Source: Ilumatobacteraceae bacterium
Lineage (GTDB): Bacteria; Actinomycetota; Acidimicrobiia; Acidimicrobiales; Ilumatobacteraceae
Reading direction: 5' to 3'
DNA: 31,135 nt
Assembly (NCBI GenBank): GCA_007122945.1
Contig: SKSP01000150.1
Span: 1 to 31,135 of the forward strand
Shown here: positions 17,325-25,343 of the stretch, in pieces
How positions within the stretch are numbered: the stretch's first letter is position 1
How the letters are laid out: every line of letters starts with the position of its first letter
The notes under the pieces: model-generated
The model's database searches: none
What the model was told of the DNA's origin: nothing
What the model saw: the letters and a program-made list of their open reading frames with translations, nothing else
Program-made: the position numbers and the translations under genes

Positions 17325-18322
17325 GTGGTCAGTCGGGACGCCCGGTACCGGTGATCGTGGACACCGACGGCGGTGTCGACGACGCCGCAGCACTGTGGTT
17401 CGCGGCGACCGCACCCGATGTCGAGCTCGTCGCGGTGACGGTCGTGCACGGCAACGTCGACGTCGGCGTCGCGGCGGCCAACGTCTGTCGGGTCCTCGAG
17501 GCGGCGGGGCGTCCGGACGTCCCCGTCGTCGTCGGTGAGCCCGCGCCGCTCGGTCCGGTCCCCGTGCTGCGGCGCGCCGACTTCATCCACGGGACGGACG
17601 GGCTCGGCGAGACGCACCGGCCGCCGGCGGCGTTCGGCCCGACCGGAACGATCGTGGCCGACGCCTGGGCCGGCGCCGTGACCGACCGGCCCGACGAGAT
17701 CACGCTCGTCACGCTCGGGCCGCTCTCGAACCCGGCGTCGGTGTTCCGTCGGGACCCCGACGTGGCCACCGGATTCCGCCGCCTCGTGATCATGGGCGGC
17801 GTCGTCGGTGGGCCGGGCAACGCGCTGCCGCTCGCCGAGGCGAACATCGCCCACGATCCGGTCGCGGCCGAGGAGGTCGTCACGGCGCAGTGGGCGCGAC
17901 CACCGCTGATGGTCGGTCTCGACGTGACCCACCGGGCGACGTTCACCGCCGCCGAGGTGGCCGTGCTCGAGCGCCGGGAGACCCCGGCCGCCCGCTTCCT
18001 CGCCGAACCGCTCGCCTTCTACGGTCGCTCCGCCGGCACGTTCTGCGCCCCGGGGGAGTTCCCGTGCCACGACCTGCTCGCCGTGCTCGCAGCGGTGCGC
18101 GACGTCGTCGATGGACCCGTGCTGCCGCTCGCCGTGCAGACCGCGCCCGGCCCGGCGTGGGGCGCGACCGTGGCGGACCGCCGCGTCCCGTTCTTCGAGC
18201 GCGCCGGCGCCGGCTCCCAGCAGGGGATGCTGGAGGGTTTCGCCCCCTGGCAGATCGCCCTCACCGTCGACCCCCCCACCTTCCGCCATGCGGTTCTGAC
18301 AATGTTCTCGGTCGCTGACTGA
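17321..18322 (+). CDS. nucleoside hydrolase (IUNH family)
   Basis: N-terminal DTDGGVDD Ca-binding motif, 'HGTDGLG', 'LGPLSN', 'IMGG', 'AEANIAHDP', 'VGLDVT' and 'HDLLAV'. ATGA overlap with the marR stop. Confidence 0.92.
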   Translation: MSGQSGRPVPVIVDTDGGVDDAAALWFAATAPDVELVAVTVVHGNVDVGVAAANVCRVLEAAGRPDVPVVVGEPAPLGPVPVLRRADFIHGTDGLGETHRPPAAFGPTGTIVADAWAGAVTDRPDEITLVTLGPLSNPASVFRRDPDVATGFRRLVIMGGVVGGPGNALPLAEANIAHDPVAAEEVVTAQWARPPLMVGLDVTHRATFTAAEVAVLERRETPAARFLAEPLAFYGRSAGTFCAPGEFPCHDLLAVLAAVRDVVDGPVLPLAVQTAPGPAWGATVADRRVPFFERAGAGSQQGMLEGFAPWQIALTVDPPTFRHAVLTMFSVAD

Positions 18323-18398
18323 TCGTTCTCCACCACGGAATCCGACGAAGGGGAGGACACGGATCGAGACGCGCACCCCTTCGTCATGATCGGGGCAC

Positions 18399-18443
18399 CT
18401 GACATCACGACCACTGACATCACGAACACTGACATCCTGAACA
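18399..18443 (+). repeat. three direct 15-bp repeats (CTGACATCACGACCA / CTGACATCACGAACA / CTGACATCCTGAACA) immediately upstream of an RBS
   Basis: Read directly from the sequence, followed by GGAGGA at 18445-18450. Confidence 0.85.
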
Positions 18444-18457
18444 CGGAGGAGCTGGCC

Positions 18458-18859
18458 ATGAAGGTGCTGATCGCGACGAACGAGACCCAGGGCGACCACC
18501 CGGGTGACTACGCCTGGACGGTCGACGGCGAGTTGGTCACCCCGGTGGCGGCGGAGTGCTGCTCGCCGGGGACGTGCGGCTGCGGGCGTGGGTTCCCGGG
18601 CCTCGCCAGCGGCAAGGCCACCACGACGGCGATCGTGGTCGACCGCCCGGAGCTGACCGAGGACGACCTGCGCGACGCCGTCTGGGACTCCCTGGAGCGC
18701 TGCGGCTGGGCCGATCACCTCGACGACGACGAGTTCGGCGAACTGGTCGACGAGCACCTCGACTGCATCGCGGCGGTGTGCGAGAACTTTCCGGTCGGCA
18801 CCGTCGTCAGCCGGTGGGGGAGCAAGGTGTACGCCCGCCCGGCGTCGGCCGCCGCCTGA
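18458..18859 (+). CDS. small conserved-looking actinobacterial hypothetical protein with a C-x(4-5)-CGCGR motif (DUF7715-like, from recall)
   Basis: GGAGGA RBS and ATG at 18458. Sequence 'MKVLIATNETQG...DGELV...ECCSPGTCGCGRGFPGLASGKATTTA'. Confidence 0.65.
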   Translation: MKVLIATNETQGDHPGDYAWTVDGELVTPVAAECCSPGTCGCGRGFPGLASGKATTTAIVVDRPELTEDDLRDAVWDSLERCGWADHLDDDEFGELVDEHLDCIAAVCENFPVGTVVSRWGSKVYARPASAAA

Positions 18860-18925
18860 ACGCTCGCCGCCGATCGGGATGGCCCGATGCCCGGACGAGC
18901 CGACCCGCCGCCGTGCCCGATCGGG

Positions 18926-20497
18926 TCATCCCCGGAACGACCAACCGACCACACCGGGCGTCCGCAGGGGAGCGGAGAGTCGAGCGAACTCGCACAGGAA
19001 CGGGCGGGTGTCGCGCGGGTCGATGATCTCCTCGACGCCGAAGTCGCCGGCGGTGTTGAACGGGGACCGGATGGCGTTCATGCGCTCCTCGATCTCGGCC
19101 CGCGCCGCGTCCCGGTCGGCGGCGGCGTCGAGCTCGGCCCGGTAGGCGGCCTCGATGCCGCCCTCCAGCGGCAACGATCCCCAGTCGCCCGACGGCCAGG
19201 CCGCACGGAACTGCACCCGGGTGTGGTCCGCGTGAGCGGCGCCACCGACGCCGAACACCCGCCGCAGCACGATCGAGCACCACGGGACCCGCGCCTGGTA
19301 CACGGCCGCCAGAGCCCGTGCCCCGTGGCGGATCGTCGAGGCCCGCTCGGCCTCCACGCCGATCACGAACCCGGGCTGGTCGACGAGGTGGACGACCGGC
19401 AGGTGGAACGTGTCGGCGAGCTCGACGAACGACTCCATCTTCTGGGAGCTGTCGGCGGTGAGCCCGCCGCCGTAGAACGCCGGATCGGAGGCCAGCACCG
19501 CGACCGGCCAACCGTCGAGGCGGGCGAGCCCGGTCACGGTCGAGCGGCCCCAGCCGCGCCCGATCTCGAAGAACGTCCCGTCGTCGACCAGCGACTCGAC
19601 GATCGGACGGATCGCGTACCCCTGGCGACGGTTGCGCGGGATCGCCCCGATCAACCAGTCGTCGCGGCGCTCCGGGTCGTCGTGGGGTTCGGCCCGCTCG
19701 GCGACGTCGAACACCGACGACGGCAGGTACGACAGGAACCACCGGGCCCGCTCGAACGCCTCCTCCTCGGACGCGACCACATCGCTGACCGTGCCGTTGT
19801 GGCCGTGGATGTGGGCGCCGCCGAGCTCCTCCTTGGTGACCTGCTCGCCGAGGTGGGCGACGAGCGGCGGCCCGGCCACGAAGATCTGCGACGTTCCGGC
19901 GACCATCAGCGAGTAGTGGCTGGCGACCATCCGTGCCGCGCCGAGCCCGGCGACCGATCCGAGCCCGAGCGACACCACCGGCACGGTCGCCAGGTTGGCG
20001 ACCACCCAGTTCCAACCCGGGTTCGCCGGGATGTAGGTGCTCCCGCCGTCCTCCAACGCCTTGATCGAACCACCGCCACCGGTCCCGTCGACGAGACGCA
20101 CGATCGGCAGGCGGTACTCGTGCGCGAGCTGCTCGGCCATGATCTGCTTCTCGGCGATCGACGCGTCGGCGGCCCCGCCGCGGACGGTGAAGTCGTCGCC
20201 GCCGACCACGACCGGTCGCCCGTCGATCTCGGCTCGCCCCATCACGAAGTTGGCCGGCTGCAGCTTCCGCGTGCCGTCGGATTGGAGCACCTGCTTGCCG
20301 GCCAGCGCCCCGATCTCGTGGAACGACCCCGCGTCGACGAGTGCGTCGATCCGCTCCCGCACCGTGAGCTTGCCGAACTCGTGCTGACGGGCGACCTTCT
20401 CGGGTCCGCCCATCTGCCGGGCCGCCCGCTCCAGGCCGCGGAGCTGGGCGACCTCGGGCGCCCACGTCGGATCGTCAGCGGTGCTCTCCTCCCCCAT
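18926..20497 (-). CDS. acyl-CoA carboxylase carboxyltransferase subunit (PccB/MccB-like)
   Basis: 'MGGPEKVARQHEFGKLTVRERIDALVD', 'DDFTVRGGA', 'EELGGAHIH', 'LARLDGWPV', 'VDQPGFVIGVEAE' and 'EEIIDPRDTR'. Confidence 0.92.
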   Translation of the reverse strand: MGEESTADDPTWAPEVAQLRGLERAARQMGGPEKVARQHEFGKLTVRERIDALVDAGSFHEIGALAGKQVLQSDGTRKLQPANFVMGRAEIDGRPVVVGGDDFTVRGGAADASIAEKQIMAEQLAHEYRLPIVRLVDGTGGGGSIKALEDGGSTYIPANPGWNWVVANLATVPVVSLGLGSVAGLGAARMVASHYSLMVAGTSQIFVAGPPLVAHLGEQVTKEELGGAHIHGHNGTVSDVVASEEEAFERARWFLSYLPSSVFDVAERAEPHDDPERRDDWLIGAIPRNRRQGYAIRPIVESLVDDGTFFEIGRGWGRSTVTGLARLDGWPVAVLASDPAFYGGGLTADSSQKMESFVELADTFHLPVVHLVDQPGFVIGVEAERASTIRHGARALAAVYQARVPWCSIVLRRVFGVGGAAHADHTRVQFRAAWPSGDWGSLPLEGGIEAAYRAELDAAADRDAARAEIEERMNAIRSPFNTAGDFGVEEIIDPRDTRPFLCEFARLSAPLRTPGVVGWSFRG

Positions 20498-20532
20498 GTC
20501 GTGAGCGTGCCACACCGAGGTGCGGATCACGG

Positions 20533-21492
20533 TCAGCGGGGGAGATGGAGACCGAGCTGCCGGGAGCGGGCCACGACGCGGCCCGAGGAGTCCCACAGCG
20601 TGCCGGACTCGATCATCCGTCCGCCGTGGAGGTCGTCGCACTCGAACCGGGCACGCACCCACCCGGGGGCGGGTCGGTGGCGCACGTGCACCGTCAGCTC
20701 GATGGTGGGGACCCAGCCGACCTCGCCGAGCAACGGGTAGAGCGACGGCGGGAACGCGTCGGCGAACAACGGGAGCGCGAGCACCGACGGCGCCGTGCCG
20801 TCGGCGAAGCGGATCCAGCCGGCGATCACGGCGCGTCCGCTCCCACCGGCGACGGCGTGGTCGGGATGGATCCGCACGTCGACGCGCGACAGGATCGGCA
20901 GCTCGACGCCCTGGGCGAGCTCGCGCCGGTCGACGCACGCTTCCGGCGACGGCAGCTCGTCGGAGCCCGGAGCGGACGGCGCGAACGCCAACGGAGCGGC
21001 GTCGCCATCGTGATCGCCCCGATCGCCCCGATCGCCCCGATCGCCGTCGTCGTCGTCGCCGTCGCCATCGTGATCGCCCCGATCGCCCCGATCGCCGTCA
21101 TCGTTGCCGTCGTCGGCTTCGTCGACCGGTGCGCCGAACACGGCGGTGACGTGGAGCCGTTGCCGGTCCTCCTGCTCCAGCGCCCCGCGGACGACGCCGG
21201 TGGTCCGCCCGACGCGGATCTGCTCGGCGGTCACGACACCGTCGAGGTCGCCGGTGGCCGGCCGGAGGAAGTGGGTCGTCACCGACAGCGGGTCGGGATG
21301 GCCGGCGATCTCGCCGAGGGCGCGCAGCACCGGGGTGAGCGCGTAGCCGCCGTTCGCGGTGTCGCCGATGTGCCAGGCCGCGTGGAGGCGGGTGCTCCAC
21401 CGGCCCTCACCGTCGGCGTGCACGGCGGTCTCGTCGGCGAACGCGTCCGACGCGCCCGACGCGCCCGCCGCGCCCGACGGCGAGCCGTTCAC
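20533..21492 (-). CDS. double-hotdog acyl-CoA thioesterase-family protein (TesB-like) with an acidic repeat insertion
   Basis: GTGA overlap with the upstream stop. Motifs 'WHIGDTANGGY', 'SVTTHFLRP', 'LFADAFPP', 'WVPTIELTVH' and 'LWDSSGRVVARSRQ'. Confidence 0.85.
   Translation of the reverse strand: MNGSPSGAAGASGASDAFADETAVHADGEGRWSTRLHAAWHIGDTANGGYALTPVLRALGEIAGHPDPLSVTTHFLRPATGDLDGVVTAEQIRVGRTTGVVRGALEQEDRQRLHVTAVFGAPVDEADDGNDDGDRGDRGDHDGDGDDDDGDRGDRGDRGDHDGDAAPLAFAPSAPGSDELPSPEACVDRRELAQGVELPILSRVDVRIHPDHAVAGGSGRAVIAGWIRFADGTAPSVLALPLFADAFPPSLYPLLGEVGWVPTIELTVHVRHRPAPGWVRARFECDDLHGGRMIESGTLWDSSGRVVARSRQLGLHLPR
21001..21099. repeat. nested tandem repeat: 9-bp GATCGCCCC units inside a 60-bp-period duplication
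   Basis: 21001-21036 is identical to 21061-21096. On the minus strand it encodes DGDRGDRGDHDG. Confidence 0.9.
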
Positions 21493-22232
21493 GCCGGGCT
21501 CCAACGGGCCGCGACCCGGACGACGTCGCCCGTGGTGATCCACACGCCGGTCCCGTCGTCGCCGGCCGAGGCGCGCAGCTCGAGCGGCGCGTCCTCGGTC
21601 CCGATCGGGGCGAGGTACTCGATCTCGCCGACCCCCTCCGCGACGCCGCCGGGCCCGAGCACCTCGTGGACGACACCCCACGCGACGGCGTTGTTGACGT
21701 GGGCGAGCACGTCGAGGTCGACCTGGCGGACGGTCCACGGTCGGCGAGCCGCGTCGGTGGGCGGTGCCGGCAGCGTGAGCCGGGTGGAGACCCGTCGTCC
21801 GCCCCCGGCCTCGCCGTAGATCTGCTCGAACCCGTCACCGAGTCCGGCCGGCCGCCCGGTCGTCGGGTCGACCTGGACCCACAGCGCGGTCGCCTCGACG
21901 CGGCCGCCGCCGTCGCCCTCGACCGAGGTGCGGCGCTCGGCCCAGCTGCGTCCGGTCCCCGAGCAGAACGTCGTCAGCCGGAGGCGCTCGCCGAGTTGCG
22001 GCGCCCGGCGGACGTCGATGAGCGTGCGGCGGACCACCCACCCGAACGAGTTCTCCAGCTCGGCGTCGAGGGCGTCGTCGTTGGCGACGTCCTGCAGCAG
22101 CCGAGCGGCGGCGTCGAGGCGCAACCGGCCCGACGGGTCGACGTCTCCGAGGCGGACCGCCTGCTCGGCGACGAACCGTCGCCCGGTGGTCGGGAGCGGG
22201 ACGAGCTCGGTGGCGGGGAGGACGGCGCTCAC
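21489..22232 (-). CDS. acyl-ACP thioesterase-family protein (FatA/FatB-like hotdog)
   Basis: Motifs 'VRLGDVDPSGRLRLD', 'LLQDVA', 'WVVRRT' and catalytic 'DLDVLAHVNNA'. Confidence 0.88.
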   Translation of the reverse strand: MSAVLPATELVPLPTTGRRFVAEQAVRLGDVDPSGRLRLDAAARLLQDVANDDALDAELENSFGWVVRRTLIDVRRAPQLGERLRLTTFCSGTGRSWAERRTSVEGDGGGRVEATALWVQVDPTTGRPAGLGDGFEQIYGEAGGGRRVSTRLTLPAPPTDAARRPWTVRQVDLDVLAHVNNAVAWGVVHEVLGPGGVAEGVGEIEYLAPIGTEDAPLELRASAGDDGTGVWITTGDVVRVAARWSPA

Positions 22233-22294
22233 CCGACCATCATCTCAGCCTCGCGCGCTCGACCGTCGGTTCCGGGGCGTGCGAACCTGGGATG

Positions 22295-22618
22295 GTGAGC
22301 GAGCACGTGGAGATCCAGGTCACCTGCGGTTCGGCGGAGGAAGCGGCGGCGATCGCCCGCGCCCTGGTGGAGGCCCGACTGGTCGCCTGCGCCCAGGCCG
22401 TGCCGATCCAGAGCGTCTTCGTCTGGGACGGCGAGGTGCAGAACGACGACGAGGTGCTGCTCCTGCTCAAGACCCGGGCCGACCGCTTCGACGCGATCGC
22501 CGAGTTCGTCACCGAGCACCACTCCTACGACCTGCCGGCGATCACCGCCGTGACGCTGGGCGGCACGCGCGCCTATCTCGCCTGGGTGGACTCGTCGCTC
22601 GCCCCGCCGGTCGCGTGA
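22295..22618 (+). CDS. cutA: divalent-cation tolerance protein CutA
   Basis: 'ARALVEARLVACAQ', 'SVFVWDGEV', 'LLLKT' and 'HHSYDLPAI'. Start is GTG 22295 (6 nt after a -10-like GAACCT) or ATG 22292. Confidence 0.93.
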   Translation: MSEHVEIQVTCGSAEEAAAIARALVEARLVACAQAVPIQSVFVWDGEVQNDDEVLLLLKTRADRFDAIAEFVTEHHSYDLPAITAVTLGGTRAYLAWVDSSLAPPVA

Positions 22619-22646
22619 TCCCGGGGTCCCCCGGGGTCCCCGGGAT
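22618..22646 (+). terminator. stem-loop directly after the cutA stop
   Basis: ATCCCGGGG (22618-22626) is perfectly complementary to CCCCGGGAT (22638-22646). Confidence 0.5.
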
Positions 22647-22751
22647 TCATGTCGGCACATCTCACCGCCGACGTCGGATGTGCCGACACGAATCGCCGGT
22701 TGGCATCCCACCGGGCCGACGCGATAGGGCAAGGGGTGGAGGTGCGCCGAC

Positions 22752-23573
22752 ATGAAGGCCGATTTCGAGTCCATCTACACCGCTGCCGACCCGCGCCCGT
22801 ACTTCACCGAGCTGGCCCCGCTCGACTACCAGATCCCGGCCCACGCCGGTCGGGTGTTCGGCCGGTTCGCCGACCACCTGCACGCGCGCGGCCTCCCGGT
22901 CGTTCGGATCGCCGACCTGTGCTGCTCGTACGGCGTCAACGCCACCGTGATGAAGCACCGACGTGACTTCGGCGAGATCGTCGCCCACTACACCGACCCG
23001 GCCGTCGCCGGGCTCGACGACACCGAGATGGTCGCCCTCGACCGGGCCTACTACGCCGAGACCGCGGCGGCCGCGCCGTGGATCGAGGTCATCGGGATGG
23101 ATTCCGCCGCGCCCGCGGTCGCGTACGCCGAACGGGTCGGGATGATCGACGTCGGCCTCGCCGCCGACCTCGAGTCGGACGAGCCCACCGCAGACGTCCT
23201 CGACGCGCTGCGCGGTGTCTCGCTCGTCGCCGTCAGCGGCGGCATCGGGTACATCTCCGAGCGCACCATCGGCCGGGTCCTCGACGCGGCGTCACCGGAT
23301 GCCTGGTTCACCGCCCTGTGCCTGCGATGGGTCGACGCCACCGCGGTCGTGGCGGACCTCGAGCGGCGCGGGCTCGTCGTCGAACGCCTCGACGGCGTCA
23401 CGTTCCGCCAGCGCCGCTTCGCGGACGACACCGAGCGCGACTTCGCCCGCAGCGAGACCGACCGACTCGGCCTCGACCAGCCCCCCGACGACGGCTACCA
23501 CCACAGCGACCTCTACCTCGCCCGCCCGGCGGACGACGTCTCCCCGCCGCTCGGTCAGCTCGTCAGCTCGTAA
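22752..23573 (+). CDS. uncharacterised class I SAM-dependent methyltransferase-like protein
   Basis: GGAGG RBS. A motif-I-like 'IADLCCSYGVNA', a motif-II-like 'VIGMDSAAPAVAYA' and 'ADLE' and 'GGIGYI' segments. Function unknown. Confidence 0.6.
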   Translation: MKADFESIYTAADPRPYFTELAPLDYQIPAHAGRVFGRFADHLHARGLPVVRIADLCCSYGVNATVMKHRRDFGEIVAHYTDPAVAGLDDTEMVALDRAYYAETAAAAPWIEVIGMDSAAPAVAYAERVGMIDVGLAADLESDEPTADVLDALRGVSLVAVSGGIGYISERTIGRVLDAASPDAWFTALCLRWVDATAVVADLERRGLVVERLDGVTFRQRRFADDTERDFARSETDRLGLDQPPDDGYHHSDLYLARPADDVSPPLGQLVSS

Positions 23574-24829
23574 CGGACCGGGAGACGCTTCAGGCCACCG
23601 ACGAAGAGGGTCTTCATCAGCTCGGGCTTCCCGTCGAGCTCGATCGAGCGCAGCCGAGGGACCAGCTCGGTGAGCAGCGCGGTGATCTCCTTGCGGGCGA
23701 GCATCGCACCGAGGCAGTAGTGGACCCCGAAGCCGAACGCGAGGTGCTTGTTCGGCTTGCGGCCCACGTCGAACCGGAACGGGTCGGGGTAGACGTCCTC
23801 GTCGCGGTTCGCCGACGGGTACGACATCAACACGGCGTCGCCCGGCTCGAACCGGTGGCCGCGCAGCTCGTACGGCACGGTCGCGTTGCGCATGAAGTGC
23901 TTGACGGGGGTCACCCAGCGGATGATCTCGTCGACCGCGGTCGGGATCAGCGACGGGTCCTGTCGCAGCCGTTCGAGCTGGTCTGGGTTCTCGATCAGTG
24001 CCTGCATCCCGCCCGCCATCGCCGAGGCCGTCGTGTCGTGCCCCGCCGTCGCCACGATCACGTAGTACGAGATCGTCTCCATCAGGCCGATCGGTCGCGG
24101 TGCGCCGTGCTCGTCGGGGAGGGTGGCGTTGGCGATCGTCGACGCGAGGTCGTCGGTCGGGTTCGCCTGCCGATCCTCGGTCAGCGCCGTGAAGTACACG
24201 AAGAAGTCGTTGATCACGGCGACGAGATCCTCCATCGACGTCCCCCGGCCGAGCTCGTCGTCGGCGGCACCGAAGAGCTCCTGGGTGAGCTGCAGCATGC
24301 GCGGGTAGTCCGACTCGGGGAGGCCGAGGATCGCGAGGATGACCTGCAGCGGGTACTGCATCGCGACGTCGCGGGCGAAGTCGCAGCGCCCGTCCATCGC
24401 CGCCATCTTGTCGACGCTCTCGCGGGCGAGCTCGGCGAGGCGGGCGTCCAGCTTGGCGAGGTTCTTCGGGAGGAACCAGTCCGCCGTGACCTGCCGGTAG
24501 GCGCGGTGGTCGGGCTCGTCCATGTGGATCAACGTGCGGAGCAGGTCGCCCTGTTCCTCGCGTCGGCGATCGGCCTCGAGGTTCGACAGGACGGGCTTGG
24601 GGGCGTTGTGCCACTGCTCGTGGTGGAGCTCCACCTCGAGGACGTCGGCGTGCTTGGTGAGCACGTGGAACGGGGCGAAGTCGGGGTGCTCCACGAGGTG
24701 GATCGGGTCCTCCCGGCGGAGGACGGCGCACGCCGCGTCGAAGTACGCCTCGTCGGCGTAGGCCGCCGGGGTGACGAACACCAGCCCGGCCTCCTCGGCG
24801 GTCATGTCGGTGACGGTCTCGGCGCTCAT
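23555..24829 (-). CDS. cytochrome P450, CYP108 (P450terp)-like
   Basis: I-helix ATAGHDTT, ExxR 'DEIIRWVTPVKHFMR', 'SYPSANRDE' and heme motif FGFGVHYCLG. The C-terminal half resembles CYP108 from recall. Start could also be 24805. Confidence 0.88.
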   Translation of the reverse strand: MSAETVTDMTAEEAGLVFVTPAAYADEAYFDAACAVLRREDPIHLVEHPDFAPFHVLTKHADVLEVELHHEQWHNAPKPVLSNLEADRRREEQGDLLRTLIHMDEPDHRAYRQVTADWFLPKNLAKLDARLAELARESVDKMAAMDGRCDFARDVAMQYPLQVILAILGLPESDYPRMLQLTQELFGAADDELGRGTSMEDLVAVINDFFVYFTALTEDRQANPTDDLASTIANATLPDEHGAPRPIGLMETISYYVIVATAGHDTTASAMAGGMQALIENPDQLERLRQDPSLIPTAVDEIIRWVTPVKHFMRNATVPYELRGHRFEPGDAVLMSYPSANRDEDVYPDPFRFDVGRKPNKHLAFGFGVHYCLGAMLARKEITALLTELVPRLRSIELDGKPELMKTLFVGGLKRLPVRYELTS

Positions 24830-24850
24830 GGCCGCGACCGTACGCGCGCG

Positions 24851-25228
24851 TCAGCGCCCGGTCATGACCGGACCGGCGTGGTGGACGACGAGCTTCCAGC
24901 CGTCGTCGCCGAGCGCGAACAGGTTGGTCGCGGCCACGGTGCCCGTCGCGCCCGCATCGACGAGGTTCTCGTCGAGCGTCACCCAGGCGAGGTCGTCGTG
25001 GATCGCGACCGCCTCGTTGGTGAGGATGAACTGGTTGTTGCCCGGCCCGGTGAAGATGCGCCGCCACGACTCCTCCACGACCGGCCACGTCCGCAGGATC
25101 GGCCACCCGGGGTGAACGCACACCACCCGGTCGTCGTGCTCCCACACGGCCCGCATCGCGTCCAGATCGCGCGCTTCGTGGGCGTCGTAGAACGCCTGGT
25201 TGGCGGCCAGCACGTCGGCGATCGTCAC
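24851..25228 (-). CDS. NTF2/SnoaL-like protein
   Basis: 'ANQAFYDA...DLDAMRAVW...VCVHPGWP...ESWRRIF...ATNLF...WKLVVHHA'. GTG 25228 lies 7 nt after a TACGGT -10-like hexamer. Confidence 0.85.
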   Translation of the reverse strand: MTIADVLAANQAFYDAHEARDLDAMRAVWEHDDRVVCVHPGWPILRTWPVVEESWRRIFTGPGNNQFILTNEAVAIHDDLAWVTLDENLVDAGATGTVAATNLFALGDDGWKLVVHHAGPVMTGR

Positions 25229-25343
25229 GACGCCGACCGTAGCGCTCAACCGCACCGCGCCGGATGCCGATGAACCGGTGATGTCGTCCGCCCACCGATC
25301 CGGCCGATCCGGCGCTCGGCGACGGAGTCCCTACGATCGCCAC

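Noticed and set aside
21001-21099. Multiple RGD tripeptides as integrin-binding motifs
   Set aside because: The protein is a cytoplasmic thioesterase with no signal peptide, and RGD arises from slippage of a GC-rich 9-mer.
23555-23573. 19-nt overlap of convergent 3' ends
   Set aside because: Short convergent overlaps are common in compact GC-rich genomes, and nothing suggests antisense regulation.
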